Positions 39,615 to 49,522 of a DNA stretch of 64,000 nt are shown piece by piece (positions within the stretch are counted from its first letter, which is position 1; the number at the start of each line of letters is the position of its first letter). The stretch is from an uncultured Planctomycetota bacterium (GTDB taxonomy: Bacteria > Planctomycetota > Planctomycetia > Isosphaerales > Isosphaeraceae): contig CAVTTN010000002.1 in NCBI GenBank assembly GCA_963737655.1, forward strand, positions 1,248,001 through 1,312,000. The letters are read 5' to 3'. The translations under genes were made by a program, and so were the position numbers. The notes beneath the pieces were generated by a model, which was not told the origin of the DNA, did not search any database, and saw nothing but the letters and a program-made list of their open reading frames with translations.

Positions 39615-40733
39615 CTAGGCGAGCGACCAGGCCCCGTCCATGTCCTCTACTCCCATTACGTCGGCCGTGACGTCTCCCGCCGGGAATTCTTCGGAGAATC
39701 GGCCGCGACGCTGGAGATTCAGGCCGATCGGCTCGTCGGGCCGGGCCACGGGGCGGGCCTGGAGCCGTTCGAGCCGCTCCAACTCCTCGGACGACGGCGC
39801 CTCCAGGCCGGGGAAGCGGGCATCGGCCTCGGCCAGGGCCACCGCGTACTCGGCGCTGGCGATCGCGGCCTCGGAGTCGGCCCGCCGGGCGTCGGCCTCC
39901 CACGAGCGAAGCGCTCCGAGGGCCGCGTCGGGGAATTCGTTCACGCGGTCCAGGACGTTGCGGACCCACCGGGCGGCCGGGCCTTCGGGGGCCTCCCGGG
40001 CCAGGAGGAACGCGGCGGCGCAGGAGTTGGCGTCGCGGGCCTCGGTCGCCTCGTTCACGAATTCTTCCAGGGCCGGGGCGTCGGCCTGGCGGAGCGCCTC
40101 GACGTACCGGACCACGATCCGGGGGTTCAGCCGCTCGGGGCGGTCGCAGGCCGAGTCGATCCGTGCCTGATCCTCGGTCCCCGGCACCCTCGGGCGGAAC
40201 GCTTCGAGCTGGCGTCGGCCCCATTCCTGGGCGGCCTCGTCGCCGCCGTCCTCGGCCTCTCGGCTGAACCTCAGCAGCGAGTCGAGCGTCGGCGACGCCG
40301 GGCCTCCCGTCATCGACCGGACGAAGGCGCGGGCCTCGAACTCGGCCGTCCTCCCGGCGAGCTGGGACTCGATCAGGGCATGCCGCAGGAGGCGATTGGT
40401 CTCCCTCTGGAGCGATTCGAGGGAGCCGCGCTCGCGAGACGCCTTGCGGGCGTCGGCCGCCTTGACCAGGCGTTCGAGGAAGACGGGCGGGACGGGGCTG
40501 AAGCCCTCGGCGCGGGGCAGCAAGTCGCGGCGGACCTTCGCGGCGGCCTCGGCAGCACTCTGGCGAGCGGCCTTCGGCGTGACCTCGCCTCGACGGACCT
40601 GCCGCTCCAGGTTGGTCCGAACGGCGCGGAACGTCGCCAGGGCCGCGTCGGATTCGGCGGCGAACGGCGAGTCATGACGGGCCGCCGCCAGACCGGCCTG
40701 GCTCAGGGCGTCGCGCAGGGGATTCAAGCTCAT
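39615..40733 (-). CDS. Hypothetical all-alpha protein (~372 aa)
   Basis: Long ORF rich in A/E/R/L. ATG at 40733 is preceded by GAGGAG; no recognisable motif. Confidence 0.7.
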   Translation of the reverse strand: MSLNPLRDALSQAGLAAARHDSPFAAESDAALATFRAVRTNLERQVRRGEVTPKAARQSAAEAAAKVRRDLLPRAEGFSPVPPVFLERLVKAADARKASRERGSLESLQRETNRLLRHALIESQLAGRTAEFEARAFVRSMTGGPASPTLDSLLRFSREAEDGGDEAAQEWGRRQLEAFRPRVPGTEDQARIDSACDRPERLNPRIVVRYVEALRQADAPALEEFVNEATEARDANSCAAAFLLAREAPEGPAARWVRNVLDRVNEFPDAALGALRSWEADARRADSEAAIASAEYAVALAEADARFPGLEAPSSEELERLERLQARPVARPDEPIGLNLQRRGRFSEEFPAGDVTADVMGVEDMDGAWSLA

Positions 40734-40834
40734 GGACGAGAGACTCCTCATCGAGGGAAGGGGCCCGCCATCGTCGCGGGCCGGTGGGTCGTCATCAGCG
40801 GTTAGCACTCGACACTCAGCACTCCGAGGCCCTC

Positions 40835-41218
40835 TCAGGCTTCGCCGACGAGCCATTCCAGGGCCTCGACCGCTCGGTCAATGGCCCGGGTCCGGCTGTC
40901 GCCTCGCCGTTCGATCGTCTCGGGATGTTCGGGGCAGGAGAGGCGGGCGATCCACGCCGGATCGGAGACGGCGTCGCGGTGCCAACTGACCAGCCAGCCT
41001 CGGGGGCCGAGCCGGTCACGAAGCCATCGGGCCCGTCGCTCGTCGCGGCGATCTCGGAAGGACAGCAGCACGGAAAGACCCTCGGGTCCGGAGGCGCACC
41101 CGCCCAATCGGGTCACCATCCAAGCGAAACCATCGAGGACGTCCCGACCGCCGATCACCCAATCCGGACTCGAGACGCATTTTTCTCCGGGAGAGGAGCT
41201 CCGAGAGACGCCGGTCAT
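40835..41218 (-). CDS. Hypothetical protein (start uncertain)
   Basis: ATGA overlap with the methyltransferase stop; the C-terminal half looks protein-like (GWLVSW...WIARL...RAIDRAVEAL). Confidence 0.45.
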   Translation of the reverse strand: MTGVSRSSSPGEKCVSSPDWVIGGRDVLDGFAWMVTRLGGCASGPEGLSVLLSFRDRRDERRARWLRDRLGPRGWLVSWHRDAVSDPAWIARLSCPEHPETIERRGDSRTRAIDRAVEALEWLVGEA

Positions 41219-42126
41219 CGCTCCTCGCGACCGACCCGCCCCCAGGCCACATGATCGATCGACGTGGCCAGGAAATCCGGGTCATCGAGCAGAAAATCGG
41301 CGGAATCGGGATCGACGAGGTCCGCGAACCGCTCGGAGATCGCTCCTTGGAGCCTCGGGGCCACCCGTTGGGACAACCTTCGGAGATATTCCGCGAAATA
41401 GGTGCGTTCGTCCTCGCTCAAGGGCGAGCCGCGATCGGTGGCGAACGTGCGGGTCCGGATCTCGTGCAGCCCGGCCTTGCGGAAGACCTCGCGGAGCTCC
41501 CTCCCCACGTAGAACTTGCGGGGTTTCTCCACGCTCGCGGCCAGGGACTCCAGCTCGGCGACCCTCACGGCGAGCTCGACCTCGATCGGCCAGGGCAGGA
41601 TCACATGATGGAGCGTATCGGCCTCCAGGACGGCGACAATCCCGCCGGGTTTCGTCACCCGGGCCAGGGCTTTCAGCGCCTCGACGGGGTCGGGGAGACT
41701 GTAAAGGCTCTGGGCGCACCAGGACGCGTCGAACGTGCCCGGGGCGAAGGGGAGCGCGTCGATCGGCGAGGCGGCGAACTCGATCCTCCGGGCCAGGCCG
41801 GCGGATTCGGCGGCCCGGCGGGCGATCTCCAGATAGTCCGGGCTGAGGTCCGCGGCGACGACCCGGCCGGATGGGCCGACTTTGCGGGCCAGCCAGGCGG
41901 AATACGCGCCGTCTCCGCAGGCCATGTCCAGGACGGCCATCCCCTCGGCCACGGGCAGGATCCCGATCATCGCCTCCAACTCCGAGGCGAAGGCGCGATG
42001 GTAGGCGGCGAGCATCGGCTCGTAGCCGGGGACGGCGGGTTTCGGAGGCACGGGGCCGGCCCTCCTTCTCGGGCGGGGATCGCTGGGGCGGAACCCGGCG
42101 AAGACCCGATGCGAAGGGCGTTCCAA
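41215..42126 (-). CDS. Class I SAM-dependent methyltransferase (UbiE/Methyltransf_31-like)
   Basis: VLDMACGDG motif I, VVAADLS, LPFAPGTFD, RVTKPGG. Confidence 0.9.
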   Translation of the reverse strand: MERPSHRVFAGFRPSDPRPRRRAGPVPPKPAVPGYEPMLAAYHRAFASELEAMIGILPVAEGMAVLDMACGDGAYSAWLARKVGPSGRVVAADLSPDYLEIARRAAESAGLARRIEFAASPIDALPFAPGTFDASWCAQSLYSLPDPVEALKALARVTKPGGIVAVLEADTLHHVILPWPIEVELAVRVAELESLAASVEKPRKFYVGRELREVFRKAGLHEIRTRTFATDRGSPLSEDERTYFAEYLRRLSQRVAPRLQGAISERFADLVDPDSADFLLDDPDFLATSIDHVAWGRVGREER

Positions 42127-42143
42127 TCGGCCCGGATCGGATC

Positions 42144-42806
42144 TCAGGCCAACCGGCCTCGCCGTCGCGAAGCCAGCGCCGAGGCCCCTCCCACCACGAT
42201 CAGCAAGGCCGAGGCCGGCTCGGGCACCGAATTGGCGACCCGGAGATTGTCGATCCCGAAGCTCGGAGCGGCCGAGGTGATCTCGATCCGGTCGAACGGG
42301 ACCGACCCGGTGCCCAGTTCCAGGGAGCCCTGAGGAAACGACGTGTACGGGTGAGGCGAGACGCCGCTCGTGGACGCGGAGCCGACGAGCGAGGCGCCCT
42401 CATAGGCGGTCACGGTGATCACCGCCCCCGGCGTGTTGCCCGGCTGGAGGTCGCCGGTGACGAAGTCGAAGCGGACGTCGTAGAGCGAGGCGGCCGACGC
42501 CCCGACGGTGAACGTGACGTCCAGGGCGATGTTCGCCGAGGGGCTCACGCCGTTGTCGCCCAGGTAATGCCCGGACATCGGCGCGACGAGGTTGACCGCG
42601 TTCTGGACCCCGAAGCTGCCGCCCGCGCCGGCGGCCGGAGTGCTGAAGGTGGCGGTGGTCCCCGAGTCGGTCAGGGAAAACGGCGTGTAGGTGGTGTAGA
42701 GAGGGGAGGAGTCGAAATCATAGGTCGCATACCCGGCCTCGGCCCGGCCGGGCGAGATCGCCCAGGCGGCCAGGAAGACCGCAGCCGCTCTCGACAAGGT
42801 CCGCAT
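42144..42806 (-). CDS. PEP-CTERM sorting-domain surface protein
   Basis: Signal peptide ending in RAEA; C-terminal VPEP, hydrophobic helix and RRRGR. Confidence 0.9.
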   Translation of the reverse strand: MRTLSRAAAVFLAAWAISPGRAEAGYATYDFDSSPLYTTYTPFSLTDSGTTATFSTPAAGAGGSFGVQNAVNLVAPMSGHYLGDNGVSPSANIALDVTFTVGASAASLYDVRFDFVTGDLQPGNTPGAVITVTAYEGASLVGSASTSGVSPHPYTSFPQGSLELGTGSVPFDRIEITSAAPSFGIDNLRVANSVPEPASALLIVVGGASALASRRRGRLA

Positions 42807-42932
42807 CGAGTGAGCCCCCTTCGAGGTCCCCCGGCCGATCGGCCGACGGGTGAGGGACTAACCTAGCCGGACTCCACATCCTTTTCCAGTAAGAATCCCT
42901 GAAAATGGCCCCCCGCCCGGCCCGGCTGGCGG

Positions 42933-45050
42933 TCATTCCGCCTCCGAGACGAGGATGACCAGGCTCCTCGACTCGACACGGTATCGGTGGAGGACCGGGA
43001 CGACCGGGCCTTCGTCGAGGCCGAGGGCGTCGTCGGGCGAGGGCAGGGCGGTGTCCACCGTCCTCCTCCAGGGGCGGGCGGTGGGGGAGGCCGGGACCCG
43101 GAACGTGAGCGGCTCCCAGTAGGCGTTCAGGGCGACGTAGAAGTCGCGATCGATCACGCCGGGGCGGTCGGTCTGGCGGCCGTCCAGGGTAAACGCCAGG
43201 GCACGGCTGTCGTGCGAGAAGTCCGGCTTGCACGGCTCGATGCCGTGCCAGGCCACGTCGGGCGGCCCTCCGCGAGAGCCTCCGTGGAAGAACGTCTTGC
43301 GCCGGAGGGCCGGGTGCCGAAGCCTCAGGGCGATCATCTGGCGGACGAACCGGAGGAAGTCCTCATTGGACTCGGCGAGCCTCCAATCGACCCAGCTCGT
43401 GGGATTGTCCTGGCACCAGGCGTTGTTGTTACCGCCCTGGGTACGCAGGAACTCGTCGCCGCCGAGGATCATCGGCACGCCCTGGGAGATCAACAGGGTG
43501 GCCATCAGGTTGCGGGCCTGGCGGCCTCGGAGGGCCTCGACCTTCGGGTCATTGGTCGGCCCCTCGGCGCCGCAGTTCCAGCTCCAGTTGGCGTCGCTGC
43601 CGTCGCGGTTGCACTCGCCGTTGGCCTCGTTGTGCTTGAGGTTGTAGGAGACGAGGTCGCGGAGGGTGAACCCGTCGTGGCAGGTCACGAAGTTCAGCGA
43701 GTGGAGCGGGCCTCGGCCGTGGTAGAGGTCGTCCGAGCCGCAGACGCGGGTGGCCAGGGCGGAGGCCATCCCGGGTTCCCCCCTCCAGAACTTGCGGACG
43801 TCGTCGCGATACTGGCCGTTCCAGACGCTCCACCTCGGCCCTCCCGGGAAGCTGCCGACCTGGTACAGGCCGCCGGCGTCCCACGGCTCGGCGATCAGCT
43901 TGGCGTCGGCCATGAGCGCGTCCTCGGAGATCATCTCGATCACCGGGGGCTGCACCAGGACCTGGCCCTTCGCGTCCCGGCCGAAGACGCTGGCCAGGTC
44001 GAACCGGAACCCATCGATGACCGCCTCGGCCACGAGGTTCCTCAGGCACGACAGGATCATGTAGCGGACGACCGGGTGATTGCTGTTGACCGAGTTGCCG
44101 CAGCCGCTGAAATTCATGTAGCGGCCGCGGTCGTCCAGCATGTAATAGAGGCTGTTGTCCAGGCCCTTGAAGTGGTAGGTCGGGCCGTTCTCGTTCCCCT
44201 CGGCGGTGTGGTTGAAGACGACGTCGAGGATGACCTCGATGCCCGCCTGGTGGAAGGCGCGGATCATCCGCCGGAACTCCTCCCACGGCGCGGACCGCTC
44301 CGGGTTGCTCGAATACGCGGCCTTGGGCGCGGCGAAGGCGATGGTGTTGTATCCCCAGAAGTTCTTCAGGCGTTCGCCGGTCAGGGGATTGACATAGGCG
44401 CAATCGTTCTCGTCGAACTCGTCGATCGGCAGGAGCTCGACGGCCGTGATGCCCAGGGCCTTCAGGTACGGGATCTTCTCGATCAGGCCGGCGAACGTCC
44501 CGGGACGGCGGACCTGGCTGGAGGGGTCGGCGCTGAAGCCGCGGACGTGGAGCTCGTAGACGATCGTGTCCTGGCGGGGGATGCGGAGGTGGAGGTCTTC
44601 CTCGTCGGAGCCGATCCCGCGATTGACCAGGCTGCGGCGGGGGGTCCCGCTGCCGGCCTCGCCCCAGGGCCGGCCGCACGAGAGCGACCGGGCCGCCGGG
44701 TCCAGCAGGATCGCCGAGGGGTCGTAGCGATGCATCGGCCCTTCGGGCCCGGCCACCCGGTAGCCGTAGCAGACCTCCTCGGGCAGGCCGCTCACGCGGA
44801 GATGCCAGTGGTCGCCGGTCCGGTGATAGGCCGGGTCCAGCGGGATCTCCACGGCGGTCTCGGCGCTGCACGGCTCGGACAGGACGAGCGTCACGGCCGT
44901 GGCGTGCCGGCTGATGACCGCGAAGTTGATCCCCTCGCCCACGCGGCTGGCGCCCAGGGGGATGGGGTGCCCCCGGCCGACGCTCAGCGGGTGGGGGCCG
45001 AAGGAGGTGGCGGGCGCCGTCGGCGCGAGCGGATGGAGATTCGTCGGCAT
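42933..45050 (-). CDS. glgX: Glycogen debranching enzyme (isoamylase, GH13)
   Basis: YELHVRGF, VELLP, NFWGY, DVVFNHTAEG, DGFRFDLA, IAEPWD, NFVTCHDGFTL, QGGNNNAWCQDN. Alternative GTG start at 45056. Confidence 0.95.
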   Translation of the reverse strand: MPTNLHPLAPTAPATSFGPHPLSVGRGHPIPLGASRVGEGINFAVISRHATAVTLVLSEPCSAETAVEIPLDPAYHRTGDHWHLRVSGLPEEVCYGYRVAGPEGPMHRYDPSAILLDPAARSLSCGRPWGEAGSGTPRRSLVNRGIGSDEEDLHLRIPRQDTIVYELHVRGFSADPSSQVRRPGTFAGLIEKIPYLKALGITAVELLPIDEFDENDCAYVNPLTGERLKNFWGYNTIAFAAPKAAYSSNPERSAPWEEFRRMIRAFHQAGIEVILDVVFNHTAEGNENGPTYHFKGLDNSLYYMLDDRGRYMNFSGCGNSVNSNHPVVRYMILSCLRNLVAEAVIDGFRFDLASVFGRDAKGQVLVQPPVIEMISEDALMADAKLIAEPWDAGGLYQVGSFPGGPRWSVWNGQYRDDVRKFWRGEPGMASALATRVCGSDDLYHGRGPLHSLNFVTCHDGFTLRDLVSYNLKHNEANGECNRDGSDANWSWNCGAEGPTNDPKVEALRGRQARNLMATLLISQGVPMILGGDEFLRTQGGNNNAWCQDNPTSWVDWRLAESNEDFLRFVRQMIALRLRHPALRRKTFFHGGSRGGPPDVAWHGIEPCKPDFSHDSRALAFTLDGRQTDRPGVIDRDFYVALNAYWEPLTFRVPASPTARPWRRTVDTALPSPDDALGLDEGPVVPVLHRYRVESRSLVILVSEAE

Positions 45051-45141
45051 GAGCACGCCTTTGGTCCCGCCCCGCGGATCACGGGACGGCGATCATCATA
45101 GGGGTTCCGACCAGGGCACGCCACCCCGGATGGCGGACACC

Positions 45142-47645
45142 TCAGGCATGCCCCTTCTCGACCAGGTCGATCAGCTCTCGGCCGGTCATCCGGTGGGCGG
45201 CGTCGTGGGGGCACGCGTAGACGCAGCTCGGCTCCCCGCCGAGGTCGTGGCAGAGGTCGCAGGCCGTGGCCTTCTGCTGGACCACCGCCATCATCTTCCC
45301 CGGCCGGTTCGGGTCGGGGATGCGCTCGCCGGTGGGGAACGGGTGCATGTTGATGTTGCCATACGGGCAATTCTCGGCGCACTTGCCGCAGCCGATGCAC
45401 CAGTCCTCGATGATGATCTCCAGCGAGTCCCTCCGCCGGATCGACCCCACCGGGCAGCCGACCATGCAGTACGGGTCCAGGCACGACCGGCACGAGCTGG
45501 CCACGAGGAACTTGTCGAACCTCAGCCCCTCGCGGATCAATCGCGTGACGCCGTCGTGGGCGTCGGCGCAGGCCTTGGTGCACTCGTCGCACCTCGTGCA
45601 TTTCTGGAGGTCCAGGACGAGCAGGCTGTTGGCATTCATGAGCCCCTGGCTGAGGAACTCGCCCAGGGGGAGGCTGTCGGCGCGCTCTGGGCCCGGGCGT
45701 TCTCCTCCAGCCTCTTGATCGCCTCGCGGACCAGGGGCTCGCGGACCAGGGGGAAGCGGGCGAGGAGGTCGCGGAAGTCGGCCGCGGTGATCTGGACGAG
45801 GTCCACGTGGTCCAGGGCCGAGCACGTCGCCGTCCTCAGGCCGGGAGGGGCGAGCGCGCGGACCTCGGCAACGTCGCTCATCAGCGCGATCTCGCCGAAG
45901 TAGCCGCCGGGCCCGACGTAGGTGAGGACGTGGTCTCCGCCGGGCCTCTTCTGCGAGACCTTCACGAACCCGGTGCGGACGAGGTAGAACCCGTCCTCCG
46001 AGCGATCCCCCTGGCGGAAGATGATCTCGCCCGGGTCGCGCCTGGCGAGCTTGACCGTCTTCCTCAGGTCGTCCACGAACCGGCCGAACTCCGCCTCGTC
46101 GTCGCGGATCGTCGAGAAGATGCCGACGCTCCTCAGGTGGCTGGAGATCGCCCGCTCCCGGTACTTCTCCTCCAGCTTCGCCCGGAACGCCCGGCTCCTC
46201 TGCATGATGTACAGGACGTTCCTCAGGAGCTCCAGGACGACGGTTTCCTCGGCCGCGCGGACGGTCGCCGAGCGGGGGTAGGAGTTCATGCAGGTCATCT
46301 CGCCGAAGATGTCGCCGGGCCCGAGGGTCGCGGCCGGCCTGGCGTAGGCCAGCGCCACCGGGGCGTCGATCGCGATGAACCCGCGGTCCCCCTCCCCCTC
46401 GCGCGTCTCCTCGTTGCGAGAGACCAGGTCCACCGTCAGCTTCTTCATCAGGCCGAACAGCCCGCGACCCTTCTTGCCCGCCCGGTTGCGGGCGTGACTC
46501 ATCGAGGCATTCAGATAGATATCCACCGATCCCGACTCGATCAGGAACGCCGACGAGCCGAACTCGCCTTCGCGGCAGATGATCTCGCCCTTCTTGAAGG
46601 TCCGGCGGACGATCGAGCTCTCGTTCCACCTCAGGAACGCCGGGGAGGAGCCGCGGAACGCCCGGCGGATGTCGTCGATCGGGTGGCGGATCAGCTCTTC
46701 GGCGCGGATCTTCTGAGGGGGCGGCGAGATGTCCTCCCACGGCTTGGCGACGACCGTGACCTTGTTCGTCAGGGCGCCCGTGGGGCAGGAGATCATGCAT
46801 TCGCCGCACGCCACGCACGACGAGTTGCCCATCGGGTCATCGAGATCGAAGGCGATCTTCGCCTGATAGCCCTTCTTCGCCCGGCCGATGACCTGGTTGT
46901 CGCGGATGTCGTTGCAGCCCCGGACGCAGCGATCGCAGAGGATGCAGGCGTCGTGATCGACGGCGATCACCAGCGAGGAATCGTCCTTGGGCCGGGGGGC
47001 CCGGCGGCTGAACCGGGGCGTCCCGACCTGGAATTTCGCCGCGAGCTCCTCCAGCTCGCAATCGCCGGTCTGCTTCTGCTTGGCGCAGGGGGTGGGGTGG
47101 TCGGCCATCAGCAATTCGGTGACGGTGTTGACGGCCTGGCGGACGGTCTCGGAGGTGGCCATCGTGGCCACTTCCATCGTGTCCTCGACCCGGTGCTGGC
47201 AGGCCGGCAGGAGCTTCCTCTCGGTCTGCATCTTGCCGCGCTTGACCTTCGAGATCTCGACCACGCAGACGCGGCAGACGGCCACCGGGTCCATGTGCTC
47301 GCGGTGGCAGAGGATCGGGATCGGGTTGACCGGGCTGCTGGAGGCGCGGAAGGTGGTCCCGGCGGCGAAGAGGAGGGCGGCGGCGTCGTAGATCGTCGTC
47401 GGCCGGGGGATCACCTTCCCCTCGGCGTCCTTGAGGAACGTCCCCTGGGCGTCGGTGGCGGGGACGGCCTTCTTCACGGTGATCGTCCGGCCGTCGATCT
47501 TGATCGTGACGTCGCGGTCGAGGTCCTCGGCGGTGACCTTGTCCATCCGCAGGAGGCGGCCGTCGAGGTCCCGGGAGAAGAGCCCTTCCTCCTCCTCGCG
47601 ACGGGCCACCGAGGCCGGCAGGGTGCTCATCGTCCCAACGCTCAT
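45142..47645 (-). CDS. NuoG/HydA-like N-terminal Fe-S module + two cyclic-nucleotide-binding domains + 4x[4Fe-4S] ferredoxin domain (~834 aa); frameshift at ~45688
   Basis: ILCH..VCRVC..LLPAC (2Fe-2S); CILCDRCVRGC and CVACGECMISCP; cNMP pockets FGEM..PRSAT and FGEI..LRTAT. After a one-base shift: CTRCDECTKAC, CRSCLDPYCMVGCP, CIGCGKCAENCP and CDLC..SCVYACP. Confidence 0.85.
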
Positions 47646-49432
47646 CGCTTCACCTCCAGGGTGCGGAGCGGGTCATCCCCGCCGACGGCCGGGCTCGGGG
47701 CGGGTCGGAACGCGGTGCGGACGTAGCCGGCCATGTCGTCTCGGAAGTTGCGGATCACCGAGCCCAGAGGATTCGCCGCGACCATCCCCAGGCCGCAGAT
47801 CGACGCCATCTCCAGGGCCTTGCGGAGGTCCGCGACCATGTCCTCCACCGGCTCCAGGCCCACCCCGTCGTACCGGCCCCCGAGGAGGTCCGTGCCGATC
47901 TCCACGAGCTTCTGCGAGCCGATCCGGCACGGGACGCACTTGCCGCACGACTCGTTGCGGAAGAACTCGGTGCAGTTCAACGCCTGGTCGGCCATGTCGG
48001 CCGAGTCTCCGTAGACGACCAATCCGCCGCCGAGCATCAGGCCGAAGTCGCGGAACGCCTGGAGGTCCAGGGGCAGGTCGAGGATGTTCAGGAAGGGCTT
48101 GTCGCCGGTCTTGCCCTGGGCCGACCTGGGGAGGTCGGCCAGGGGGATTCGCGTCGGGAGGAAGCCTCCCGAGGGGCCCGACGTCGCCACGGCCTTGAGC
48201 CTCTGGCCGGACCTCATCCCCCCGGCGTATTTGCCGATGAGCTGGCCGAGGGTCGTCCCGTTGGCGACCTCGTACACGCCCGGCCTCGCCACGTCGCCGG
48301 AGATCGAGAAGAACCGGGCCCCCTTGCAGCCGCCCGTGCCCAGGTCGCGATACCAGGCCCCTCCGTGGTGGTAGATCGCGGGGACCCAGGCGAACGTCTC
48401 GACGTTGGAAAGGAGCGTGGGCTTGTCGTACAGGCCGTTGGTCTCCAGCAGGGGCGGCTTGTTCCGGGGCTCGGCGCGCTTGTCCTCCATCGCCTCGATC
48501 AGGGCGCTCTGCTCCCCGCAGATGTAGCCTCCGGGGGAGACGAAGACCTCGATCGGGAACGATCGGCCCGTGCCGAGCAGGTCCTCGCCGCAGACGCCCA
48601 TCCGCTCGGCCCGGCCGATCGCGGCGTTCACGGCCTCGATCTGGGGCTCGTATTCGTGGCGGATGTAGACATAACCGCGCTCGGCCCCGGTGAGCAGCCC
48701 GGCGAGGATCACGCCTTCGAGGACGAGGTGGGGCGTCCTCAGCAATAATTCGCGGTCCTTGAAGGTGCCGGGCTCGCTCTCGTCGCCGTTGACGACGACG
48801 TACTTGCGGTCCCCTCGGGCCTGGCGGACGTCGTGCCACTTCTGGTGGGCCGGGACGCCCGCGCCGCCCATCCCTCGGAGGTCGGAGGCCTTGAGCTGCT
48901 CGACGAGGTTGTCGGCGTCCTTGGTCTCGACGAATTTGCGGGCGGCGGCGTATTCCTCCCGGCCTTCATACGGGTCGATCCGCCATCCGGTGCGGACCGG
49001 CTCGGCGAAGGTGGGGTCGATCCGGGAGAATGGGTCGGAGCGGCCGGTTATCGCGTCCCGGAGCAGGGCCCGGCACTCGGCCAGGGTCTTGGACCGATAG
49101 ACATGATGGCCCACCATCACCGCCGGAGCGGCGTCGCACTGGCCCAGGCACGACACCCCCTTGATCTCGACCGATTCCCCCCCGCCGAGCTCGGCGGCCA
49201 TCTCCTTCAAGGACCGGAGGTAGTCCGGGGCCCCTCGGAGGTGGCAGGCCATGTCCCGGCACACCAGGAACTCGACGTCCGGGGGCGGCTCCATCCGGTA
49301 GTGAGGGAAGCAGCTCGCCACCTCATGGAGCCGATGCAACGGCACGCTCAGCCGCTCCGAGAGCGCCTTGAGCTCCGAGGCGGGCAGGTAGCCGTTCTTC
49401 TTCTGGATCGCGTGGAGTTCTTGTTGGATCAT
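47642..49432 (-). CDS. NuoE-NuoF fusion (NAD(P)H diaphorase: 2Fe-2S, FMN/NAD(P)H site, 4Fe-4S)
   Basis: CRDMAC...CLGQC (NuoE); LRGMGGAG, NGDESEPG, YICGEQSALI, ESCGKCVPCR...ICGLG (NuoF). Alternative starts at 49447 and 49459. No other nuo genes are in the window. Confidence 0.92.
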   Translation of the reverse strand: MIQQELHAIQKKNGYLPASELKALSERLSVPLHRLHEVASCFPHYRMEPPPDVEFLVCRDMACHLRGAPDYLRSLKEMAAELGGGESVEIKGVSCLGQCDAAPAVMVGHHVYRSKTLAECRALLRDAITGRSDPFSRIDPTFAEPVRTGWRIDPYEGREEYAAARKFVETKDADNLVEQLKASDLRGMGGAGVPAHQKWHDVRQARGDRKYVVVNGDESEPGTFKDRELLLRTPHLVLEGVILAGLLTGAERGYVYIRHEYEPQIEAVNAAIGRAERMGVCGEDLLGTGRSFPIEVFVSPGGYICGEQSALIEAMEDKRAEPRNKPPLLETNGLYDKPTLLSNVETFAWVPAIYHHGGAWYRDLGTGGCKGARFFSISGDVARPGVYEVANGTTLGQLIGKYAGGMRSGQRLKAVATSGPSGGFLPTRIPLADLPRSAQGKTGDKPFLNILDLPLDLQAFRDFGLMLGGGLVVYGDSADMADQALNCTEFFRNESCGKCVPCRIGSQKLVEIGTDLLGGRYDGVGLEPVEDMVADLRKALEMASICGLGMVAANPLGSVIRNFRDDMAGYVRTAFRPAPSPAVGGDDPLRTLEVKR

Positions 49433-49522
49433 CTTTGTAGGGTGCATGAAATGCACCATCTGGAATTGGATTCCCCGGGCCGCCGTCTCGGAGGGAATCG
49501 GGATGGGCGCATTTCATGCACG

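Noticed and set aside
47642..49459. Calling this gene nuoF of complex I, or an electron-bifurcating HydB
   Set aside because: It is fused to NuoE, has no other nuo genes nearby, and lacks the C-terminal 2x[4Fe-4S] domain typical of HydB.
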